NCBI RefSeq assembly: GCF_009914755.1
Contig: NC_060932.1
Strand: one strand, 5' to 3'
Source: the human T2T-CHM13v2.0 reference genome, Homo sapiens
Length of the DNA: 64,000 bases
In this document: piece by piece, positions 1 to 9,401 of the stretch
How positions within the stretch are numbered: the first letter of the stretch is position 1
How the letters are laid out: every line of letters starts with the position of its first letter
The notes under the pieces: generated by a model
Database searches by the model: none
Told to the model about the DNA's origin: nothing
The model's input: only the letters and a program-made list of their open reading frames with translations
Position numbers and translations under genes: made by a program

Positions 1-1422
1 GCTTGGAAGCATCAGAGTAACAATGAGACAAGTGTGGGCTCTGGTTCATTCCACCTTGGAGACTTTTCACACTGATGATGAGGAGGAAGGAAAGTATAAT
101 GAAGTAACAGAAGAGGTGACAGAGCAGTTTTGTTTGCCAGCTAAAACTAAAGCAGCAAAGGAGGAAGAGGTTCATCCCTACTCTTCTGCACCCCCTCCTT
201 ATTTTGAAGAAAAAGAGTGGCCTGAGCCTCCAGATCTTTCTTTTCTGGAGACACTGGGCAAAAAGTAGTTGCCCCAGTGACTGTTTGAGCAGCGCCTCGA
301 GCGGCCACTCTCAGTTCTATCAGGCAGGAATTCAGCAAGCTAGATGAGAGGGTGATTTAGAGACTTGGCAGTTCCCTGTTAGAATACACCCCCCAGATCA
401 ACAGGGAAATATTATAGCTACATTTGAGCCTTTTCCTTTTAAATTACTTAAAGAGTTTAAATAGGCTATTAATCAATATGGACCAGGTTCTCCTTTTGTA
501 ATGGGAGTTAAAGAATGTTGCTGTTTCCAGTCGGATGATTCCTACTGACTGAGATGCTCTTACTCGAGCTTGTCTAACTCCTGCTCAGCTATTATAATTT
601 AAAACTTGGTGGGCAGATGAAGCTTCCATTCACGCTGCTTGCAATACCCAGGCCCAACCTCAAATTAATATAACTGCAGACCAACTTTTGGGGGCTGGCA
701 GCTGGGCTGGTTTAGATGCACAAGTGGTCATGCAGGATGAAGCCATAGAACAGCTTAGAGGAGTGTGCATTAGAGCACGGGAAAAAATCACTTCAGGAGG
801 ACAGCAATACCCTTCCTTTAGTGCTGTAAGGCAGTGACCAAAAGAACCGTACGCAGATTTTATAGCTCGGTTACAGGAGTCTCTTAATAAGGTGATTGCA
901 GATTCAGCTGCTCAGGATATCGTGTTGCCATTATTAGCTTTCAACAATGCTAATCCCAATTGCCAGGCTGCTCTGCGACCTATTAGAAGGAAAGCACATT
1001 TAGTTGATTATATCAAGGCCTGTGACAGTATCAGAGGCAATCTGCATAAAGCTACTTTGTTGGCACAGGCTATAGCAGGACTGAAAGTGAGTAAAGGAAA
1101 TACTCGGTTTCCTGGAGCTTGTTTTAACTATGGGAAGCATGGTCATACTAAAAAAGAATGTAGAAAAAATCAGCGAGTCAGGCCACCAGGTAGGGGAAAA
1201 AAGAAAACTGCTAAGCCTGAAATATGTCCAAAATGTAAAAAAGGAAAACACTGGGCTAATCAGTGTCACTCTAAGTCTGATAAAGATGGGAACCTCATTT
1301 CGGGAAACGCCATGAGGGGCCCGTCCTGGGACCCATTCCAAACTGGGGCATTTCCAGATCAGGCCATTCCCTCACCCCTGTACAATGTCTGTCCCCTGCC
1401 ACAGCTGGTAGTGCTGCAGTAG
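1..1422 (+). pseudogene. gag: Retroviral gag remnant (acidic p15-like region with PPPY late-domain motif, CA, NC)
   Basis: ORF 23-268 has APPPY; MHR-like VRQ*PKEPYADFIARLQESL at ~826-885; ORF 892-1422 has CFNYGKHGHTKKEC (one Cys lost) and CPKCKKGKHWANQC knuckles; in-frame stops and frameshifts. Confidence 0.93.
1302..1308 (+). promoter_or_regulatory. gag-pro -1 ribosomal frameshift slippery heptamer GGGAAAC
   Basis: G GGA AAC just after the second zinc knuckle, followed by a GC-rich stretch (1310-1350); same heptamer and position as betaretroviral gag-pro sites. Confidence 0.7.
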
Positions 1423-2222
1423 ATTTATGCTGCACAAAAGCTGTGAGCCTTCTGCCTGGGGAACCCCCACAAAAAAGTCCAACAGGAGTCTGTGGACCCT
1501 TGCCAATGAGGACGATAGGACTACTTCTAGGCAGGTCTAGTTTAAATTTAAAAGGGTTACAAGTAGAAACAGGAGTCATCGATTCAGATTACAATGAGGA
1601 AATTCAAATTGTTATACCTACTGTTCCCTGGAAAGCAGAGCCAGGAGAGTGTATAGCACAGCTCCTGATTGTGCCGTATGTGGAAATGGGGAAAAGTGAA
1701 ATTAAATGAACAGGAGGATTTGGAAGCACAAATAAACAAGGCAAAGTAGCTTATTGGGTGAATCAAATTACTGATAAACCCCTACCTGGGAAATAACTAT
1801 TCAGGGAAAGAAATTTAAAGGTTTCGTAGATACTGGAGTGGACATTCAATCATTTCTCTACAGCACTGGCCGTCCATGTGGCCAATGCAACCCACTCAAT
1901 TTAATATAGTTGGAGTTGGTAAAGCCCCTGAAGTATATCAAAGTAGTTATATTTTGCATTGTGAAGGGCCTGATGGGCAATCTGGGACTATTCAACCAAT
2001 TATAACTTCTGTACCTATAAATTTATGAGGAAGAGATTTATTACAACAATGGGGAGCACAAGTTCTAATTCCAGAGCAGTTATATAGCCCTCAAAGTCAA
2101 CATATGATGCATGAAATGGGTATGTCCCTGGTATGAGACTAGGAAAACATTTGCAAGGTTTGAAGGAACAGCTTCAAGCAGAAAGACAAAGTTCCCACCA
2201 AGGTTTAGGATATTATTTTTGA
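1302..2222 (+). pseudogene. pro: dUTPase-protease (pro) remnant
   Basis: dUTPase motifs GRSS, GVIDSDYNEEI, IAQLL (ORF 1443-1709), then *TGGFGST; protease DTG at 1829-1837 and NL*GRDLLQQWG at ~2020-2055; frameshifted. Confidence 0.92.
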
Positions 2223-4870
2223 TGGCGGCCATTGTTAAGCCTCCAGAACCTATACCTTTAAAATGGTTAACAGATAAGCCAATTGGGATAGAACAATGGC
2301 TGCTGAGTAAAGAGAAACTGGAGGCTTTAGAGGAATTAGTTACTGAACAATTAGAAAACGGACACATAGCTCCAACATTTCCCACTTGGAATTCTCCAGT
2401 TTTTGTAATTAAGAAAAAATCAGGTAAATGGAGAATGTTGATTTAAGAGCCATTAATTCTGTTATACAACCTATGGGAGTATTACAGCCAGGATTACCTT
2501 CTCCTGCTATGATTCTAAAAAATTGGACTTTAATAGTCATAGATTTAAAAGACTGTTTCTTTACTATCCCCTTAGCTGAGCAAGACTGTGAACGGTTTCC
2601 ATTTACAATTCCTGCAGTAAACAACCTGCAGCCTGGTAAGTGCTTTCACTGGAAAGTGTTGCCACAGGGCATGTTAAACTGTCCAACAATTTGCCAGACA
2701 TATGTAGGGCAAGCAATTGAACCTACTCATAAAAAAATTTTCGGTGTTACATTATTCATTATATGGACGATATATTTGTGCTGCCCCTACTTGAGAAATA
2801 TTACTCCAATGTTATGATCACTTGCAAAATTCGATTTCTCATGCTGGTTTAATTATAGCTTCTGACAAAATTCAGACTACTACTCTTTACTCCTACTCGG
2901 GGACCTTAGTAAATGACATTACCATTGTGCCACAGAAAGTAACCATACATAAGGATCAATTGAAAACATTAAATGACTTTCAAAAATTACTAGCAGATAT
3001 TAATTGGATATGGCCTGCTCTAGGCATTTCTACCTATGCCATGAGTGATCTACTTTCTATTCTTAGAGGAGATGCTAGTCTCACTAGCCCTGGGCAATTA
3101 ACAAAAGAAGCTAAGACAAAGCTGCAGCTAATAGAAATGCAAGTCCATAAAGCTCAAATAAATAGAATAGATCCAGAGAAGACTCTAGATTTGCTAATTT
3201 TTCCAACTCAGCATTCACCTACTGGTATTATTGTTCAAGAGCAAGATCTTGTAGAGCAGCTTTTTCTTCCACATACTAATTCACAAATTCTAACTCCTTA
3301 TTTGGATCAAGTTACTACTATGATAGGTAATGGGAGAACTCAGATTGTTAAATTAGATGGATATGATCCTGGAAAAATTATTGTCCCTCCCACAAAAGCA
3401 CAAATACAGCAAGCTTTTATAAATAGTCTTACTTAGCAAACCCATTTGGCTGACTTTGTGGGTATTCTCAATAATCATTTTCCTAAAATGAAACTGTTTC
3501 AATTTTTGAAATTAACTAATTGGATCCTCCCTAGAATAACTAAATTTAAACCAATTGAAGGTGCTGAGAATGTTTTTACAGATGGGTCTAGTAATGGTAA
3601 AGCTTCTTATTCTGCTTCAAAAAGTAAAGTTTTCTAGGCGCCCTATACTTCAGCTCAAAAAGCAGAGCTTGTAGCTGTAATTGAGGTATTGACTGCTTTT
3701 AATATGCCTATTAATGTGATTTCTGATTCTTCATATGTGGTTCATTCCAAACAATTAATGAAAATGTGCAGTTCATCACTCACATTAGGGCTCATACACA
3801 TCTTCCAGGACCTTTGACTGCAGGGAATCAAATGGCTATTTGCCTAGTTGCTAATGCAATATCTAATGACAGACACTTTCACAATTTAACCCATATTAAT
3901 GCCTCTGGTCTCAAACGCAGATACAGCATTACCTGGAAAGAAGCTAAAGCTATTATCCAGCAATGCCCAACTTGCCAAATGGTGCATTCCTCGTCTTTTA
4001 CAGGAGGAGTTAATCCTCGAGGATTGGAACCTAATTCTCTTTGGCAAATGTATGTCAAACATATTCCCTCATTTGGGAGACTAATTATGTAAGTGTACTG
4101 TGGACAACTTTTCTCAATTTGTCTGGGCTACATGCCAATCAGGAGAGTCTTCTGCTATGTTAAACGTCAACTTTTGCAGTGTTTTGTTGTGATGGGCATT
4201 CCAGCTTCTATTAAAACAGACAATGCCCCAGGCTATACTAGCCAAGCTCTAGCTACATTTTTCTCCATATGGAATATTTAACACATTACTGGTATCCCAT
4301 ATAATTCTCAAGGACAAGCCATAGTGGAAAGAATGAAACTCTCCCTGAAACAGCAGTTGCAAAAACAAAAAAGGGGGAGAAATAGGGACTATGGGACACC
4401 CCATATGCAACTGAATCTAGCATTATTAACTTTAAATTTTTTTAGCCTACCTAAAGGCCAGATGTTATCAGCAGCTGAACAGCATCTACAGAAACCAGCT
4501 GCAAAGACAGAAGCAGAACAACTTGTTTGATAGAGAGATCCGATAACAAAAAGTTGGGAAATAGGTAAAATAATAACTTGGGTTAGAGGTTATGCTTGTG
4601 TTTCTGCAGGACTGAATCAACAGCCGATTTGGATACTATCAAAACATCTGAAACCTTATCATGAGCCAGATGCTGAGGAAGAGATTCCAGGAGGATCCCG
4701 AGGACAACCCGGTTGCAGCCATGTCAAGACTGATGCTGAGGAGGACCCCAACTGTCACAAGCAACACTTGTCAAAAACAGCCACCCACCTGGGGACAGAT
4801 CAAGAAGCTGTCACAGATGGTGGAAGAAAACCTGAGGAAAGCAGGACAACTGGTTGTCCTGGAATGAGTT
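2213..4870 (+). pseudogene. pol: pol remnant: reverse transcriptase, RNase H (internally deleted), integrase
   Basis: [32 protein letters not shown] at 2760-2771 (after an A-run frameshift), FTDGSS at ~3574, HHCC (RHFHNLTH...CPTC), WQMYV (first catalytic Asp lost), KTDNAPGY, VER; 3' end approximate. Confidence 0.95.
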
Positions 4871-5830
4871 TACTGGAATGAGTTTACTGGAATGTGATAT
4901 AATTATTCATTATATCACAATGAATAATTTAATGATAGCTATGATGGTGATGATCACCATTCCATGTGTATTCCTTCAACAAGGGCTGACACAGAGAACA
5001 ATTATACTTACTGGGCATATTTATCAATCTTGGCTGGCAATAATGCCTGGATGTAATCACTCTATGACACAGTTACACATGCTTTCTGATCTCAGTATTT
5101 ACCATAATGAATCTGCTCCTATAATTGAGGCATACTGCCATCAAAAACCTATTTGTAAACAAAATTGAACCTGGCCAGAAAAAATGAGTGTACTTGTTTG
5201 GGAAGCTTGCATTGTAGAACAGGCAGAGGTGCTGCATACGATTCCTGTGGAATCACTGTTAATTGGTCCCCTAAGGGGATGTTTGGCTTGAATTGCACCT
5301 CTCAGTCTGCATGCCATGGCCACACTATGTTCAGCTGGTCTGAACAAAACGGTCAGATGGTAGAAATTGTAAGAAGTATGGCAAGAGTTCCTATTATCTG
5401 GAACCATGGTGGTATAGTGGCATCTGAACCTCAAATGATATGGCCTGCTCTAGGAGCTAAACATATGGAAGCTATTAATAGCTCTTAATGAGAGCAAAAT
5501 TTAAGAAAGAATAAAAAGGCATCTAGAAGGACACTTTACAAACTTGTATTTGGACATTGCAAAATTAAAAGAACAAATATTTAAAGCATCCCAGGCACAC
5601 CTGACCTTCATGCCAGGAACTGGAGTGCCTGAAGGAGCTGCAGACAGATTAGCAGCTAGTAACCCATTAAAATGGATAAAAACACTTGGAGGCTCTGTGA
5701 TTTCAATGATGATTGTGCTTTCAATCTGTGTTGTTTGTCTTTGTATAGTCTGTAGATGCGGATCCTGACTCCTGTGAGAAGTAGCTCACGTGACAAAACT
5801 GCCTTTGCTTTTATCGCTTTGCAAAACAAA
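4661..5830 (+). pseudogene. env: Shortened env remnant (signal peptide, partial SU, C-terminal TM)
   Basis: PPTWGQIKKL signal-peptide motif; TM piece LDIAKLKEQIFKASQAHL and hydrophobic/Cys-rich anchor ISMMIVLSICVVCLCIVCRC; only ~1.2 kb, and I see no furin site or fusion peptide. Confidence 0.85.
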
Positions 5831-5839
5831 GAAGGGGGA
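5828..5839 (+). promoter_or_regulatory. Polypurine tract (plus-strand primer)
   Basis: AAAGAAGGGGGA two bases before the LTR-initial TG. Confidence 0.85.
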
Positions 5840-5841
5840 CA

Positions 5842-6345
5842 TGCAGGGTACAGGCCCCCAAACCTGGCCATAAATTGGCCCCCAAACTGGCCATAAACAA
5901 AATCTCTGCAGCAGTGACATGTTCATGATGGCCATGATGCCCATGCTGAAGGTTGTGAGTTTACTGGAATGAGGGCAAGGAACACCTCGCCCACCCAGGG
6001 TGAAAAACCGCTTAAGGTGTTCTTAAACCACAAACAACAACTTGAGTGATCTGTGCCTTAAGGACGTTCCTGCTACAGGTAACTAGCCAGACCCATGCCT
6101 TTATTTCAGCCCATCCCTTTGTTTCCCATAAGAAATACTTTTAGTTAATCTATAATCTACAGAAACAATGCTTATCACTGGCTTGCTGTCAGTAAATATG
6201 TGGGTAAATCTCTGTTCGAGGCTCTCAGCTCTGAAGTCTGTGAGACCCCTGATTTCCCACTCCACACCCTATACTTTTGTGTGTGTGTCTTTAATTCCTC
6301 TAGCGCTGCTGGGTTAGGGTCTCCACGACTGAGCTGGTCTTGGCA
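5842..6345 (+). mobile_element. MER9-type 3' LTR of HML-3
   Basis: Starts TG after the PPT with cTGGCCATAAA repeats; ends ...GAGCTGGTCTTGGCA; 504 bp. Confidence 0.92.
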
Positions 6346-7995
6346 GTTGCCATCACAATTATGTTTTTATCATGTAGTTAGAAAAACATGCCTTACATAG
6401 ACTCTTGAGTAATTAGATCGATTAACGGTTAATAACAACTTGAACATATCAGTTCCATCTTTCTTATGGGCCTTTGCCAATTCCTCAGGTGACCTTCCTG
6501 TGACCTTAATTTCTATGTAGCTAAAAAGCAGAAAGCAGAAACCTAATGGTTTCCATGTTCTCCAAGACTCATCTATGCCTCCCCTCTTCATTTTTTACCA
6601 AGTCAAATAAATAGACTTTTACCCTCTTAATATACAAGGACTTATATTAAGCATACAAGTTGAGAAAAACTTTGCCTGGTATTCATAATCTTAATTAATT
6701 AATCTGCTTTGGATTTTTTCTATTGCATTATTCTATTTGATTTTATAAATCAGGCTGCAAGAAGAACATACTACAGTATTTACTTACTTGAACAGTAAGA
6801 AACTCAAAATTGCAAGTAGGGAAGTCCATGTTGCAGAGAAACACGTTTTAATACAGTTAAAGAAAAACATTTTAATTCCTGCCAACACTGCTCCCAATCA
6901 TCCAATCATTGGATTCAAATGTGCCTTCTAGTCTTAGAAATGAATCTATTGGTGTTTAGGGTTCAAAATATCAAAAGAAGGTAAAAGAAGACTTGCGGAA
7001 ACATGAGTACAATTTCAGGAAATTTATTTCTAGGAAAATATTGTTCCTTATATTTTCAAATTATATAGTGTGTATTGTATTTTCAAATCATGTAGTCTAG
7101 TCTGTAGAGGATTCTGTGACTTACTTACTTATCTGTGACTAAGATGCAATCATTAGGATCAAAGCATACATTTTTATTGGAATTAATTAAATTCTTAAAG
7201 ATGGCTTATGAATAATAAACATTTTCTTACATGAAACACTGAAAGGATTCAGAAAATTTCAAAACTTAATTTTACTTCACAGCATTTGGGAAGTCATTTG
7301 GTGAAAGACAAATGGTGAGGTAACATAGGATATTATACAGGTTTTTGGCTCCATCTAAGCTTTTTCTTAGGTCTTTAAAATGTTAACTAACAGAACAGAC
7401 TGCAGCTATGTTGGGTATTCTCCTTCAATGTTTTATTACTTTCTCTAAGCTTACAGCAAAATATTTTGGCAAGTTTAATCAACATTAGACTCTAGCTGTC
7501 TTAAGTCTAGGGGAAGTTAGTAATTGCTTTGCAAATACTGAAGATATAAATGACATTTTTAAAATCTAGGATTTATTCTTCTGGTTTGTTATATATTTTG
7601 CCCAGAGGTAGACTTTTAAGAATTACAGGAGTTTAATTTTGCCAGGAATGTATTCATGCACATAAATTGAATGAGATAGGATGATAAGACATTGTTTGTT
7701 AAGTATTTTAGAAGAGAACGAAATGAAAGTATATTGTATCTATTTTCTTCAGGGTACAATACTTCATCTAGTGAACTGTTTTTAAATATGTGTTGCACTC
7801 TATCATTCTCATTCTCCTAGAAGATAATACTGGAGTTGGCTGTATCCTGATGATTCTTTAAATTCATAAATTCACAAAGGATATTATGTCTTCATGGATG
7901 TGACCTAACAGATGTTATTAATGAAAAGGAATTAGAATAAAAGAAAGGGAGAAACAGGTGCTAGAATTGAAAGGAGGATGCTCTATCTAGGTGTT

Positions 7996-8350
7996 GTATT
8001 AGTCAGAATGGATTAGATTTTGCTGTCTTAAGAAAAAAAAAACAACAAATTTTAGCGGATTAACACAACAAAAAGTTTGGTTCTCATGCACATTACCCAT
8101 CCAATGTAGGTCTATGGGGGATTCCACTCATCTTGGTTACTCAGTGACCCAGGATGACAAAGGCTTCTTCCTGATGTAACTATACTGCAACAGTGGGGAG
8201 GAAGGTGTGGCAAATTTCAACTGGGTTCTTAACAACTTCTGCTTAGATTTCATTGGCCAAAGCAACTCTCTTGGCCATGCCTAACTTCAAAGAAGGTGGG
8301 GAAGTATGGATCTACCCTGTGCCCAAAGTGAGAGAACCAGAAATAAATGG
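7996..8350 (-). mobile_element. Old MaLR LTR (MLT1K/L-like)
   Basis: tgtattagtcag start; tcattggccaaagca...ggccatgcctaacttcaa MLT1 motif. Confidence 0.7.
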
Positions 8351-8880
8351 TAAAAGGGCCAGAAAAGAGTGAAGATAAACATCACCAATAACTTAAATAG
8401 CATTATAAATTATAGTCAAGGAATGATTTGTTGGAGAGCTAATTGATCACCTTTTAAAGAGACAATCAGTTTTACTCTCAATGATTTACTTCAGTTTCTT
8501 CAATGAGGCCGTTTATTAGAAAAGAAACACTATTATAAATTGCAATGTCCTCTGTGGTATATATCATTTGCAGTTAGTCTTGTCATCAGGAGTTACTATG
8601 ATTTCTAATTGAAAAGAAGAAAGTGGTTCTCAAAGCAATTGGTATTGGGCAATTGGTATTGGTTAGGGCAATTGGTATTGCCCTAACAAATATTTTTATA
8701 AAATTTTCTGAAATTGGTTTGAGGCGTGTATTTCAGTAGAGAGGAGAAAGCCCTTAGACATTTTGCCTTGCACAAATCACTCTTATGAGAATAAATTATT
8801 CTCATTGTGTTAGGAGTGGTAATTGTAGCCAGGTCTAAGTGATTAAAGCTAAACTAAATTACAACTAACATAACAACTAT

Positions 8881-8970
8881 ATAGTCATTTTCATTATCTT
8901 CAGGGGATTGGTTCCAGGACTCCCTGAGATACTGAAATCCACAGATGCTCGAATCTCTTATATAAAATGA
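8881..8970 (+). mobile_element. MER2 (Tigger) 5' fragment
   Basis: ggggattggttccaggac...gatgctc...cttatataaaatg, paralleling 9085-9150. Confidence 0.75.
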
Positions 8971-8982
8971 AAATTATATATA

Positions 8983-9058
8983 CCACAGTGGCTGCACCAT
9001 TTTACATTCTCACTGGCAGTGTGTGAGATTTCCAATTTCTCCACATCCTCATCAACAC
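8983..9058 (-). mobile_element. Short L1M fragment
   Basis: agtggctgcaccattttacattc...tttctccacatcctc, antisense of the L1 ORF2 3' region. Confidence 0.7.
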
Positions 9059-9061
9059 CTA

Positions 9062-9401
9062 CAGGCATCCATCAGTATCCACAAGGGATTGGTTCCAGGA
9101 GCCCTGCAGATACCAACATTCATGGATGCTCAAGTCCCTTATATAAAATGATGTAGTATTTGCATATAACCTACACACATCCTCCCTTATACTTTAAATC
9201 CTCTCTAGGTTTCTTATAGTACTTAACACAATGTAAATGCTGTGTAAATAGTTGCTATATTGTCATGTTTAGGGAATAATGATGAGAAAAAATTCTGTAC
9301 ATGTTAATACAGGCATAACCATCCATTTTTTACCCAATATTTCCCATCCAAGTTTGGTTAAATTCACAGAGGTGAAACCCACAGATAAGGAGGGCCAACA
9401 G
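9062..9401 (+). mobile_element. MER2 DNA transposon, near full length
   Basis: gggattggttccagga...gtagtatttgcatataacctacacacatcctccc...gagggcc; ~340 bp. Confidence 0.85.

Larger units (their letters stand above)
1..6345 (+). mobile_element. HERV-K(HML-3)/HERVK9 endogenous betaretrovirus-like provirus, defective; 5' LTR and start of gag lie upstream of the window
   Basis: Colinear gag (MHR, two zinc knuckles), dUTPase/protease, RT/RNaseH/IN and env remnants, polypurine tract and a MER9-type LTR bounded by TG...CA; many stops and frameshifts. Confidence 0.95.

Noticed and set aside
892-4530. HERV ORFs as functional or domesticated genes
   Set aside because: All are fragments broken by stops and frameshifts; a knuckle Cys, dUTPase motif 5 and the first integrase Asp are lost.
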